Source: Macrostomum lignano (taxonomy: Eukaryota). Taken from it: DNA of 64,000 nucleotides. The notes beneath the pieces were generated by a model, which saw nothing but the letters and a program-made list of their open reading frames with translations, was not told the origin of the DNA and did not search any database. Positions 36,855-50,580 of this stretch are shown piece after piece (the stretch's first letter is position 1; every line of letters begins with the position of its first letter). The translations under genes were made by a program, and so were the position numbers. The DNA is taken from the NCBI GenBank assembly GCA_002269645.1, contig NIVC01000932.1, positions 192,534 through 256,533 of the forward strand, in the 5' to 3' direction.

Positions 36855-39800
36855 TCACACTTTATCGTCGGCATTTTTTATATTGTCTTCCTTGTTGTTA
36901 TTAGCGGCAGCCAGGCTGACTCCTGTAGCGTAGCTGGTGCTCCGGCTGGAGCCTCTGTCAGCCGGGCGGCCAGTGCACCGCTTGAACGGTCGCAGCATTG
37001 GCGCACGGACGAAAGAGACGTCCTTGGCGTAGATGATCCAGTTGAAGCCGTAGAACACGGCGTACAGCGCGTTAAACAGCAGGCCGAGACCGCTGGTGAA
37101 CAGCACGTTCAGGTAGAAGCCGACCGGATCGTCTCTGGAGTTGGCGGCGATCGAGTAGACGGTGCCGACGCCCAGCACAGCGGCAGCTGGCACCAGGGTG
37201 ACCATGTAGAACATGCTCAGGCTGAAGATCAGCAGCGTCACCCTGGCCGCTTTGCGCTCCTCCTTGGCGTTCTGCTGCGACTGTTGAGTCTGCTGCGAGC
37301 ACTTCTGACTGCTCTGACGGATCTGGCGAATCCGGCAGGCCAAGAAGGCGTTGAAGCCCAGGATGACCAGCGAGACGATGCCGCCTCGCTGCAGCAGGAA
37401 CAGGTAGATGGTCACGATGCTGCGCTGGACAGGCAGCCGAGACGGGACGAAGCACATGGTTGTCAGCACAGGGATGTCAGCGGAGCTCAACGTCTGGCTG
37501 ATCTCGAACAGGCCGGGCACCGGCGTGGCGCAGCCCAGGGCCAGCAAGCCTGCGAGGGCGGCAAGGATATAGTGCTGAGTCTGATGTGGCTCATGACTCA
37601 AGCCTATTCTATCATTGACCCAAGCCTATTCTATCATTGACCCAAGCCTATTCTATCATTGACCCAAGCCTATTCTATCATGACTCAAGCCTATTCTACC
37701 ATGACTCAAGCCTATTTTACCATGACCCAAGCCTATTCTATCATTGACCCAAGCCTATTCTATCATGACTCAAGCCTATTCTACTATGACTCAAGCCTAT
37801 TCTATCATGACTCAAGCCTATTCTACCATGACTCAAGCCTATTTTACCATGACCCAAGCCTATTCTATCATGACTCAAGCCTATTCTATCATGACTCAAG
37901 CCTATTTTACCATGACCCAAGCCTATTCTATCATGACTCAAGCCTATTTTACCATGACCCAAGCCTATTCTATCATGACCCAAGCCTATTCTATCATGAC
38001 TCAAGCCTATTTTACCATGACCCAAGTCTATTCTATCATGACTCAAGCCTATTCTACCATGACCCAAGTCTATTCTATCATGACTCAAGCCTATTCTACC
38101 ATGACCCAAGTCTATTCTATCATGACTCAAGCCTATCCCATCATGACCCAAACTTATTCTGTCATGACCCAGGTCTAACATATGATGACTCAAGCCGATT
38201 GGGTTCTGACAAAAATTAATAAGACGTAGGAGTATAGCAATGATTTGATCTTATCTCTGAACGCTCTAAGCTAGCTGACTCCATTCATTTGTTTAACTTT
38301 GATCATCACAACCAAACTGATTTGTGCAATAAAGATACTCGTAGAGTCGAGCCTGACTTGACTTTCGGGAATTCTTTAATTTTACCGCTCTGTCTGCATT
38401 TAAAAGTACAAACGGACAAACAGATATGGAGAAACTAGGTTTCGTCAATGATAGATAGCTTTGCATAGCAAATATATGGATTGAGATTCGAGAAATCAGA
38501 AGAAACTCGATAACGGGAAGTATTTTTTCTGAGCTGTCGATAAAAACGAGTTTGAATTGCACATTAGACTCCCGTCTCTACCAGTTTTAGAGCCACACTA
38601 TCGGATTAATGAAAGTTAAAGCTCAATTAATAAAGTTTAGACCGTTCTCTAAACCTACCCGACTCTATACTACTCCTTGACCGAGATAGACACCTGACTC
38701 TCTCACAGTCTCCGGCCAAGATAGACAACGGAATGACTCTCTCACAGTCTCCGGCCAAGATAGACACCTGAATGACTCTCCCACAGTCTCTGGCCAAGAT
38801 AGACACCTGACTCTCCCACAGTCTCTGGCCAAGATAGACACCTGACTGACTCTCTCACAGTCTCCGGCCAAGATAGACACCTGACTCTCTCACAGTCTCT
38901 GGCCAAGATAGACACCTGAATGACTCTCTCACAGTCTCCGGCCAAGATAGACACCTGACTCTCTCACAGTCTCTGGCCAAGATAGACACCTGACTGACTC
39001 TCTCACAGTCTCCGGCCAAGATAGACACCTGACTGACTCTCTCACAGTCTCCGGCCAAGATAGACACCTGACTGACTCTCCCACAGTCTCTGGCCATGAT
39101 AGACACCTGACTCTCCCACAGTCTCTGGCCATGATAGACACCTGACTCTCTCACAGTCTCTGGCCAAGATAGACACCTGAATGACTCTCCCACAGTCTCT
39201 GGCCATGATAGACACCTGACTCTCTCACAGTCTCTGGCCATGATAGACACCTGACTCTCTCACAGTCTCTGGCCAAGATAGACACCTGACTCTCTCACAG
39301 TCTCTGGCCAAGATAGACACCTGAATGACTCTCCCACAGTCTCTGGCCAAGATAGACACTTGAATGACTCTCCCACAGTCTCTGGCCAAGATAGACACTT
39401 TAATGACTCTCCCACAGTCTCTGGCCAAGATAGACACTTGAATGACTCTCCCACAGTCTCTGGCCATGATAGACACCTGAATGACTCTCCCACGTCTCTG
39501 GCCATGATAGACACCTGACTCTCCCACAGTCTCTGGCCAAGATAGACACCTGAATGACTCTCCCACAGTCTCTGGCCAAGATATACACTTGAATGACTCT
39601 CCCACAGTCTCTGGCCATGATAGACACCTGAATGACTCTCCCACGTCTCTGGCCATGATAGACACCTGACTCTCCCACAGTCTCTGGCCAAGATAGACAC
39701 CTGAATGACTCTCCCACGTCTCTGGCCATGATAGACACCTGACTCTCCCACAGTCTCTGGCCAAGATAGACACCTGAATGACTCTCCCACGTCTCTGGCC

Positions 39801-42023
39801 ATGATAGACACCTGACTCTCCCACAGTCTCTGGCCAAGATAGACACCTGAATGACTCTCCCACGTCTCTGGCCATGATAGACACCTGACTCTCCCACAGT
39901 CTCTGGCCAAGATAGACACCTGAATGACTCTCCCACAGTCTCTGGCCAAGATAGACACCTGAATGACTCTCCCACAGTCTCTGGCCAAGATAGACACTTT
40001 AATGACTCTTCACAGTCTCTGGCCAAGATAGACACTTGAATGACTCTCCCACAGTCTCTGGCCATGATAGACACCTGAATGACTCTCCCACGTCTCTGGC
40101 CATGATAGACACCTGACTCTCCCACAGTCTCTGGCCAAGATAGACACCTGAATGACTCTCCCACAGTCTCTGGCCAAGATATACAACGGAATGACTCTCC
40201 CACAGTCTCTGGCCATGATAGACACCTGAATGACTCTCCCACGTCTCTGGCCATGATAGACACCTGACTCTCCCACAGTCTCTGGCCAAGATAGACACCT
40301 GAATGACTCTCCCACGTCTCTGGCCATGATAGACACCTGACTCTCCCACAGTCTCTGGCCAAGATAGACACCTGAATGACTCTCCCACGTCTCTGGCCAT
40401 GATAGACACCTGACTCTCCCACAGTCTCTGGCCAAGATAGACACCTGAATGACTCTCCCACGTCTCTGGCCATGATAGACACCTGACTCTCCCACAGTCT
40501 CTGGCCAAGATAGACACCTGAATGACTCTCCCACAGTCTCTGGCCAAGATAGACACCTGAATGACTCTCCCACAGTCTCTGGCCATGAAAGACACCTGAA
40601 TGACTCTCTCACAGTCTCCGGCATAGATAGACACCTGACTCTCTCACAGTCTCCGGCATAGATAGACACCTGACTCTCCCACAGTCTCTGGCCAAGATAG
40701 ACACCTGAATGACTCTCTCACAGTCTCCGGCCAAGATAGACACCTGAATGACTCTCTCACAGTCTCCGGCCATGAAAGACACCTGAATGACTCTCTCACA
40801 GTCTCCGGCATAGATAGACACCTGACTCTCTCACAGTCTCTGGCCAAGATAGACACCTGACTCTCCTACAGTCTCTGTCTCGGACTGCTCAGCCATGCCA
40901 TGAAATGCTCGAACCTATTCCAGCCGCCGCAAACTTGCTCAGCTTCAGCCCGTAGCTCCGATAGCTGAACGGCAGGGTCAACGCGTGCAGCCGGTCCACC
41001 ACCAGAGCCACCATAAGCAGCATGGCGAATCCGTTGGCAAAGTTCATGACGAACCCCCAGAACTTGCAGAACCAGTCCGCCGGGTACATTGGGAACTGGA
41101 ACTCGCCGCGGGTGAACCGGAAAGTGCCGCGATCAACCTAATACGGCGGTGGTTTTTCGTCGATAGAAGATTTATGAAAGATTAAAATCGGATTAGCGAT
41201 TGGGGATTAGCGATTGGGGATTAGGGATTGAGGATTAGCGATTAGGCATTAGGAATTAAGGATTAGGGACGGAGGATTAGCGATTGTGAATTAGCGATTC
41301 GGGAACAGCGATTGAGGATTAGCGATTCGGGAACAGGGATAGAGGATTATCTATTGGAGATTAGGGACTGGGAATTAGCGACGGGGGATTAGGGATAGAG
41401 GATTAGCGATTGAGGAATAGAGACTGAGGAAGAGTGATTCGGTATTAGGGATTCGGAATTAGGGACTGAGGATTAATGATTCGGGATAGAGGATTAGCGA
41501 TTGGGGATTAGAGACAGAGGACTAGCGATTGAGGAATAGGGATAGAGGATTAGCGATTAGGGACTACCGATTGAGGATTAGCAATTGGGAAATTAGCGAT
41601 GGGGGGAGTAAATTTTTGATGCCGGGGATTAGGCGTTCGACACCGGAGATCAGAATCGAGGATTAAGGATCAAAGACTTGGGGATGGTACCGTCTGCGAG
41701 AAGAACTGGTGCGACACGATCAGCGCGTTGGTGGGCAGCAGGCAGCAGATGTACACGTGCGGCTTCGACCAACGCGACCTCGAGCGCAGCATCAGGACGA
41801 AGGCGACGAGGTTGCCAAGCAGGCCAACCAGAAAGCAAGTCGGCACCACAATCAGCGCCACCCAGTTGTTGATCTCCTCCAGTATGAGGATCCGGTTGAA
41901 GAGCTCCCGGTACCAGGCGTCGCGGCGAATGGCGGACTGGAGCAGCCGAAAGAACATGGCGTAGCGATTGGGCATCCCGCCGCTGCTACCGCCGCCGCCG
42001 CCTCCAGTGCTGTTGCTCTCCAT
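36855..42023 (-). CDS. Orphan rhodopsin-class (peptide-receptor-like) GPCR, 3 exons, 416 aa
   Basis: Exons (minus) 42023-41691, 41137-40915, 37549-36855 (phases 0,1). TM1 with GLLGN, TM3 WFCKF...VDRL, TM4 ending in P, ECL2 Cys, TM5, basic ICL3, TM6 YMVTLVP, TM7 NWIIY. Confidence 0.85.
37590..38195. repeat. 21-bp minisatellite in GPCR intron 2
   Basis: Unit ctattctatcatgactcaagc. Confidence 0.95.
38680..40875. repeat. 34/35/39-bp minisatellite, ~2.2 kb, in GPCR intron 2
   Basis: Unit gatagacacctgactctctcacagtctctggccaa with an aatg insertion variant. Confidence 0.97.
41190..41635. repeat. Degenerate GATTAG-type repeat in GPCR intron 1
   Basis: Recurrent gaggattagcgatt and gggattaggg motifs. 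Confidence 0.8.
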
Positions 42024-42164
42024 GCTTACGGAATTCAAAGTGTTTCTATTCTCGACTCACTGTCGGGAAAGTGATCGGGGTTTTATTTATAGAGATTCTG
42101 ACTGCGTGGCGGCAGCCAATTAGAGATGGCTTTTGCTCTATGTTCGGATTGGGCAATCTCAGCC

Positions 42165-42680
42165 AGTGGGATGGTCAGGGTTTAAGCTGAGATGGTCATG
42201 GTTTAGAGTGAGATGGTCATGGTTTAGAGGGAGATGGTCATGGTTTAGAGGGAGATGGTCATGGTTTAGAGTGAGATGGTCTTGGTTTAGAGTGAGATGG
42301 TCTTGGTTTAGAGTGAGATGGTCATGGTTTAGGGTGAGATGGTCATGGTTTAGAGGGAGATGGTCATGGTTTAGGGTGAGATGGTCATGGCTTACAGTGA
42401 GATGGTCATGGTTTAGGCTGAGATGGTCACAGTTTAGGGTGAGATGGTCACAGTTTAGGGGGAGATAGTCATGGCTTACAGTGAGATGGTCATGGTTTAG
42501 GGTGAGATGGTCATTGTTTAGGGTGAGATGGTCATGGTTTAGGGTGAGATGGTCATGGTTACGCTGAGATGGGCATGGTTTAGGGGGAGATAGTCACAGT
42601 TTAGGATGAGATGGTCGAAATTTAGGGTGAGATGGTCACAGTTTAGAGTGGTTCATGGGTTTCTAGAGTGAGATGGTCAT
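42165..42680. repeat. 21-bp minisatellite upstream of the GPCR start
   Basis: Unit gagtgagatggtcatggttta. Confidence 0.93.
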
Positions 42681-44301
42681 GAGCTAAAGTGACTATGATA
42701 GACTCCAAGATGATGATGATCCAGAATATGATAGTGACGTGTCATAGTCAAGAGTCATAGCAGTTCACAGCAGTTCATAGTCAGTGTGTGCACATGCTTA
42801 AAATTGAGTCATGGTAATCTCACGATACTGAATTACCGATGCCAATCGTTCTCAGACTAAAGCATGGAATAAGATAACTGAGATTAGAAGTTAGAACCAA
42901 CCCTTAAGTTTGGTCTGGGCGTGGTTTCATCCAGCAGAACTGGATTTTCGCGCCTTTCCTTTTGCTTTCCCTGATGACCAAACATGTTTTGCACGAGAAG
43001 CACAGTCCTTCCAGTTGGCTGGTCAAAAACTAACCATGCAGGTCAGAACTTTGTTGTTTGTCAAAGCAAAAATTAAAACTTTTGATTGAGGGTTCGAAAG
43101 AGATCGGTTTTGCGTGACGTCTTTCATAAGATTGAATGCAATTTTTATTTCTTGGTTTTCAAAGGAAATCAGTGACAAAGTTAAGGCAGAAGCGATAAAC
43201 AAAGATAACTTTACTCTCTGAAGAATGCAACTTTGATTGATAGATCTGAGCAATCTGAGCAAAATCTGAGCACTTGCGCACAAACGGTCAAGCCAGAAAA
43301 TACTGGGTTTAAGAACCGCCGGCACGCGGCGGAGGGGGGCGGAGGAGAGGTGGCTAAGGGGGTGGGGTGGGGTTAACACACTTTACACTGAAGCCCACGG
43401 AGCAGGCTTAGTGTAAAATAGACATTTCTTGCGCGACATCAAGTATGAGCGGTAGGAGTTTGACTTCCTGTCCAGCAACCCGGACCGACTCTGCAGAACC
43501 TGCCGTGCGCACGCAATATTCACCTCCAGGCACGACAGTTCATATCTCCTTCAGGCCAGATAATTAACTGCAATTCAGTCAACGCCGCGTCCTTCCGCCG
43601 CTGTAACCGCACAGTCAACGCTTTTTTTTCATTTAGAGCACCCGAAAACATGATAACCTCGACATTTCCCATATTCGATATTCAAAATTATTGAAATATT
43701 CTTCCTAGTTTACCTCCGTTTTATAACTGAATCTATGACACGCTACTAGCAGTAGTGAATTAAAAATTTGTTTTTAAATTCTACCCATGTTCGGGGGAGA
43801 GAAGCGCCAGAACGAGTTGAGAGAGTGGAAGAGGATGGGGAAAACTCGAAAACGCCAGCAGCTGCGAAGGAAGGTCCATAGGATCCAAGGCATTCGAATG
43901 TTCGTTCCAGCTTCACCTTCTGCTCCATCCCCAACCCCTGTTGGAGGCTGCGCACGTGGCTGGGAGAAGAGGGGAGGACGCGGTTCAGCCCCGGAGCCCC
44001 CAGCCTCTCTCTCCGAAACAGACAGAAACTTTATCGAGCGCAACTGCTGAGGGAAGCTGGGGGATGTGGTGGATAGTGGGATGCAGCTGGTCCTGTATTA
44101 GTCAGCAATGGGTGGCAGTCCCAATAGCCCTGCGCAGGGGGTTCGGTGCAAGATGAGGGGGCGGGCGACGTGCCTGCCTCGCAAAGGTCTTACATATACT
44201 GACCAAGATTCCAGCTTCTACCTGGAGCGAAAGCGAAGTGAAGCCAGCAGAAATTTCCCACCTTTAACGTCTGCATCGTGCGTATTCGAAGCAGCAACTC
44301 C

Positions 44302-47300
44302 ATGGATTCTTCCACGGCAACCAGCGCTGGATCCAGCGGCGTCGCAAAAATTGCGGTGAGTCTGTGGGGATCAGATTTTGAATCCGGTCAGTCTCTCTAG
44401 GGCAATGCCGCTTCCCATTCACTGGGGCAGCCAAGGTACGATCGAGATTTCACCGATTGAATGAAGCCGTGTAGGCCATTATACCCTATGACGTCACTGT
44501 GTTCAACACCTACTTTGTCATGACGTCACACAACTTTTTATTGCGAGAAACAAGAGAAGACTGTGAGGAGAGACACAGCGGAGAGACACAGCGGAGAGAC
44601 ACACACTGGAGAGACACAGTGGAGAGACACAGCGAAGAGACACGGTGGAGAGACACAATGGAGAGACACACTGGAGAGACACACTAGAGAGACACAGCGG
44701 AGAGACACAGTGGAGAGACACAGTGGAGAGACACAGCGGAGAGACACAGTGAAGAGACACAGTGGAGAGACACAGCGGAGAGACACAGTGGAGAGACACA
44801 AGGAAGAGACACAGTGGAGAGACACAGTGGAGAGACACAGCGGAGAGACACACACTGGAGAGACACAGTGGAGAGACACAGCGAAGAGACAGTGGAGAGA
44901 CACAAGGAAGAGACACAGCGGAGAGACACAGTGGAGAGACACAGCGGAGAGACACAGCGGAGAGACACAGCGGAGAGACACAGCAAAGAGACACAGCGGA
45001 GAGACACACAGCGGAGAGACACACACTGGAGAGACACAGTGGAGAGACACAGCGAAGAGACACGGTGGAGAGACACAATGGAGAGACACACTGGAGAGAC
45101 ACACTAGAGAGACACAGCGGAGAGACACAGTGGAGAGACACAGTGGAGAGACACAGTGGAGAGACACAGTGGAGAGACACAGCGGAGAGACACAGTGGAG
45201 AGACACAAGGAAGAGACACAGTGGAGAGACACAGTGGAGAGACACAGCGGAGAGACACACACTGGAGAGACACAGTGGAGAGACACAGCGAAGAGACAGT
45301 GGAGAGACACAAGGAAGAGACACAGCGGAGAGACACAGTGGAGAGACACAGCGGAGAGACACAGCGGAGAGACACAGCGGAGAGACACAGCAAAGAGACA
45401 CAGCGGAGAGACACAGCGGAGAGACACAGCAAAGAGACACAGCGGAGAGACACACTGGAGAGACACAGTGGAGAGACACAGCAAAGAGACACAGCGGAGA
45501 GACACACAGCGGAGAGACACAGCAAAGATACACAGCGGAGAGACACACAGCGGAGAGACACAGCAAAGAGGGTTGTCGTGCGTTTTACAACCCATGAGGG
45601 CCAACCCCCAAGGCACAGAGAGTTACATGCCTGACAATTAGAAAGTCAGGGCCGTTGTACAAGGTGCACCCTGTGTAGGTCGCATCTGCGCGCTTAGGAG
45701 TCTGCTGAATGAGCAGAATTGCCTTAAATTTTAAAATTACAATCAAAAAGTACTTTTAACCACAACGACCTTGTTACAGCAGCAGCAGCAGACAAACCCA
45801 TCCGAAGAGCAGCAATTGCAGCAGCAACAACAGCAGCCGCAGACATCACTGGATGCAGGCCCCAAGAGGCTGCACATCAGCAATATTCCGTTCAAATTCA
45901 GGGAGACCGACTTGCGACAGTTGCTCGGGGTGAGGAGCCTAGCAACTGACTGTGCACTTTAGCACACAGCAAAGTCCCTTTTTATAATCTCAATATACAT
46001 ATGTTTGTCCTTGATTGTCTCCCTGCATCTTCACCCACTCTCCTTGATTGTCTCCCTGCATCTCTACCTCTCTCTCCTTGATTGTCGCCCTGCATCTCTA
46101 CCTCTCTCTCCTTGATTGTCTCCCTGCATCTCTACCTCTCTCTCCTTGACTGTCTCCCTGCATCTCTACCTCTCTCTCCTTGACTGTCTCTCTGCATCTC
46201 TACCTCTCTCTCCTTGATTGTCGCCCTGCATCTCTACCTCTCTCTCCTTGATTGTAGCCCTGCATCTCTACCTCTCTCTCCTTGACTGTCTCCCTGCATC
46301 TCTACCTCTCTCTCCTTGACTGTCTCCCTGCATCTCTACCTCTCTCTCCTTGACTGTCTCTCTGCATCTCTACCTCTCTCTCCTTGACTGTCTCTCTGCA
46401 TCTCTACCTCTCTCTCCTTGATTGTCGCCCTGCATCTCTACCTCTCTCTCCTTGACTGTCTCTCTGCATCTCTACCTCTCTCTCCTTGACTGTCTCCCTG
46501 CATCTCTACCTCTCTCTCCTTGACTGTCTCTCTGCATCTCTACCTCTCTCTCCTTGACTGTCTCTCTGCATCTCTACCTCTCTCTCCTTGATTGTCGCCC
46601 TGCATCTCTACCTCTCTCTCCATGATTGTCTCCCTGCATCTCTACCTCTCTCTCCTTGATTGTCTCCCTGCATCTCTACCTCTCTCTCCTTGACTGTCTC
46701 CCTGCATCTCTACCTCTCTCTCCTTGATTGTCTCCCTGAATCTCTACCTCTCTCTCCTTGATTGTCTCCCTGAATCTCTACCTCTCTCTCCTTGATTGTC
46801 GCCCTGCATCTCTACCTCTCTCTCCTTGATTGTCTCCCTGCATCTCTACCAGTCTCTCCTGATCACTAATGACGTTTATCTCTTTCTAAAATAGAGTCAG
46901 ATTTAGAACTTTAATCTACTGTTCTGTTTGTTTAAATGGCAGCCATTCGGCCAGATCCTGGACGTGGAGATCATATTTAATGAGCGCGGCTCCAAGGTGA
47001 GATATTGCAAATTATAAAAAAGCGATTATAAAATATATTTCTTCGTACTACTCTAAGCCGGCAGTAACTCTTTAGAAAACACACTATATATTAAAAGTTT
47101 CACATTTTCTCTAGGCTCACAGGGACTTATGCCAGCCAGTTGCCAGGTTGTTAACGCTGCATTTTCTTTAAACAGATTCGCCTCTTGCACTGGCATCCGA
47201 TTGTCTTGCTTGATGAAAGAGATTCGACTTTCTTTTTGGTCAGGAACTTTGCCTGTCATTTGCCACTGTCAGCAAGATCTGCTGTTTATTGTCAGAGCTA

Positions 47301-47417
47301 CCAACGAAGATAGACTGTACCTGCTTGGGTCCATAGTCTTGGGGACTGTTGCTGTATCTTTTGCTTCTGGTATTTCAGTCTCAAGGTTAGCTTTAGGTTG
47401 ATAGATAGATAGATAGG

Positions 47418-47458
<41 letters not shown>

Positions 47459-47459
47459 C

Positions 47460-47508
<49 letters not shown>

Positions 47509-47531
47509 GTAGATAGATAGATAGATAGATG

Positions 47532-47590
<59 letters not shown>

Positions 47591-47591
47591 C

Positions 47592-47635
<44 letters not shown>

Positions 47636-50537
47636 TAGATAGATAGATAGATATATAGATAGATATAGATCGATAGATATTATTAGATACAAAAAGACAA
47701 GCAATCTAGTGTCTATGGGTGTGACCCAGGTAGTCTACGAGCAAGTGTCTATGGCTATAACTGTGACACAGTCTGAGAAACCCAGATTTTTCTAGAAGTA
47801 TTCTTGTCGCTGCAGCAATTATTCAATGCATTGTTTGTTTGGTTTCGAGAGATGTAAGAAGTGCAGCAGCATTTTGTACATTTCTTTAAGTTTGCCTGCA
47901 GCCACAGAATTGGACATTGCACAGCATGTCGGTCAGTCGAACAGTTGATGAAATGTCGGTCATGATGTACTTTATAAACTCAACAAGCAACTTATAGAAG
48001 AAGCGGCGAATTTATTTCCCGGCTTCAATCGCTGACGGCATGAAAGTTGTTTTTGCGTTTTTCTTGACTTCTTGCTTCTTCTTTTGAAAGAAGCCGACTA
48101 CGCTAGCGCGAGTTTGCCGAGAAAAAAAACATTGGTTTGCTTTTAAATTAACAACAACGAAAAAATATGTTTGTGGTGACGATTATCATAACTCTTAATT
48201 CTACTCATGCGTTCCATCTGCACGTCAGGGATTCGGATTTGTCACTTTTGCCGAGTCTGCAGATGCTGAAAAGGCCAGGGAGAAGCTCAATGGCACTCTG
48301 GTGGAAGGCCGCAAGATTGAGGTGAGACCTGCGACTGGGGGACACTGAGGGACACTGAGGGACACTAAGGAACACTAAGGGACACTGAGGGACACTGAGG
48401 GACACTGAGGGACACTGAGGGACATTGAGGGACACTGAGGGACACTGAGGGACACTGAGGGACACTGAGGGACACTGAGGGACACTGAGGGACATTGAGG
48501 GACACTGAGGGACACTGAGGGACACTGAGGGACACTGAGGGACACTGAGGGACATTGAGAGACATTGAGAGACACTGAGGGACACTGAGGGACATTGAGG
48601 GACACTGAGGGACACTGAGGGACACTGAGGGACATTGAGGGACACTGAGGGACACTGAGGGACACTGAGGGACATTGAGAGACATTGAGGGACACTGAGA
48701 GACATTGAGAGACATTGAGGGACACTGAGGGACACTGAGGGACATTGAGGGACACTGAGGGACACTGAGGGACATTGAGAGACATTGAGGGACACTGAGG
48801 GACACTGAGGGACATTGAGGGACACTGAGGGACATTGAGGGACACTGAAAGACACTGTAGGGAGACTGAGAGATGTTAAAGGACACTGAGGGATATTAAA
48901 GGACACTGAGGGATATTAAAGGACAATGAGGGACACTGTAGGAACACTAAAGGGCACTAAAGGACACTGAGGGACACTAAAGGACACTGAGGGACACTAA
49001 AGGACACTGAGGGATATTAAAGGACACTGAGGGATATTAAAGGACAATGAGGGACACTGTAGGGACACTAAAGGGCACTAAAGGACACTGAGGGACACTA
49101 AAGGACACTGAGGGACACTATAAAGAGCATTGAGGGATACTATAAAGAATACTGAGGGACACTAAAGGACACTGATTAACACTAAAGGTCACTGATTGAC
49201 ACTAAAGGTCACTGAGGGACACTGAGGGAAACTGAGGGACACTGAGGGACACTGAGGGACACTATAAAGAGCATTGAGGGATACTATAAAGAATACTGAG
49301 GGACACTAAAGGACACTGATTAACACTAAAGATCACTGATTGGCACTAAAGGTCACTGAGGGACACTGAGGGAAACTGAGGGACACTGAGGGACACTGAG
49401 GGACACTAAAGGACACTGAGGGACACTAAATGTCACTGAGGGACACTAAAGGAGACAGAAGGCTTATTTGCAAACTATTCCTTGGCCCCCAATCGCTTGC
49501 CCTACAGGTGAACAATGCCACGGCCCGGGTGATGACAAAGAAAAAAGATTCCTCACCGAATCAGCTGAGAGGTGAGAGATGAGTATTTGATGAATATTCT
49601 AGTCCAATTTATTCTAATTTAATCTAATGTAATTCAATCTGATCCAATCTAATCTAATTCATCCTAATCTAATCCAATCCAATTCAATCTAATCTAATTT
49701 AATCTAATCTAGTCCAATCTTATCTAATCCAATCTAAATTAATCTAATCTAACCCAACCTAATCAACCACACCTGATCTAATTTAATCTAATGTAATCTA
49801 ATCTAGTCTAATCTAATTTGATCCAATCTAATCTAATCTAACCTAATATAATCCGATGTAATCTAATCCAATCTAATCTAATTCAATCTAATATAATCCC
49901 ACCCAATCTAATCTGATATACTCTAATCTAATCTAATCTAGTCTGATCTAATCTAATCTAATCTAATCTAATACTATCTAATCTGATCCGCCGCCTCTCC
50001 CCAGCCCTTCCCGGCCTCCGCAACCGTCAGTTGGCCCTGCCGCCCGCCTTCCAAGCTCTGGCGGCGGCGGCAGCAGCTGGAGGCTTTGGCGCCGGTTTGG
50101 GCGGCGCCTTCGGCGGAGTCGCCTTCCCGCCGCAGCTGCTGTATCCGCTGGCCACCTCGGCGGCACTCATCGACCCCTCGTTGGCGTTCGCGGATCCGGC
50201 ACTGCTGGCCAGCCACCACCTGCAGCAGCAGCAGCAGCAGCAGCCGCCGCCACCGCAGCAGCACCAGCTGTCGACACTGCCGACGCTGCCGCCGATGCCC
50301 GCTGCGGCGCAGCTGACGACCTCCCTGGCCGCGGGATTTCCGACCGCCGCCGATCAGTTCGCCGCTGCCGGCATCGCCGCCGCCGCAGCCGCCGCCGCTA
50401 GAGAAGCTTCGGCCGCCGCTGCCGGTCTGAACTCCGCCTACGTGAACTCCAGCCCGACCGTCTACCGGGGTGCCCAGGGCTCGCTGCAGCATCACCATCA
50501 TCATCAGAGATTCGCGCCCTACTCCAGGCCTTACTGA
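44302..50537 (+). CDS. RBFOX: Rbfox (Fox-1 family) RNA-binding protein, 6 exons
   Basis: Exons 44302-44355 (first exon less certain), 45780-45929, 46943-46996, 48229-48321, 49508-49571, 50005-50537. RRM: [47 protein letters not shown]...[21 protein letters not shown]; Ala/Gln-rich tail ending RFAPYSRPY. Confidence 0.93.
44560..45570. repeat. 13-bp minisatellite in Rbfox intron 1
   Basis: Unit agcggagagacac or agtggagagacac. Confidence 0.96.
46010..46862. repeat. 34-bp pyrimidine-rich minisatellite in Rbfox intron 2
   Basis: Unit ctgcatctctacctctctctccttgattgtctcc. Confidence 0.96.
47399..47685. repeat. (GATA)n microsatellite in Rbfox intron 3
   Basis: Tetranucleotide run. Confidence 0.97.
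48337..49460. repeat. 10-bp minisatellite in Rbfox intron 4
   Basis: Unit gggacactga, starting 15 nt after the donor site. Confidence 0.96.
49600..49985. repeat. (AATCT)n degenerate pentamer array in Rbfox intron 5
   Basis: ctaatctaatctaat running up to ~20 nt before the acceptor at 50003-50004. Confidence 0.92.
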
Positions 50538-50580
50538 TCCTGATTGACCTTGGCGACTCCGCTGACTGGGTTGGCTGAAT

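Noticed and set aside
36828-37640. 270-aa plus-strand ORF
   Set aside because: Antisense shadow of the GC-rich GPCR exon; the same applies to 61573-62367 versus VAChT and 49974-50504 versus Rbfox.
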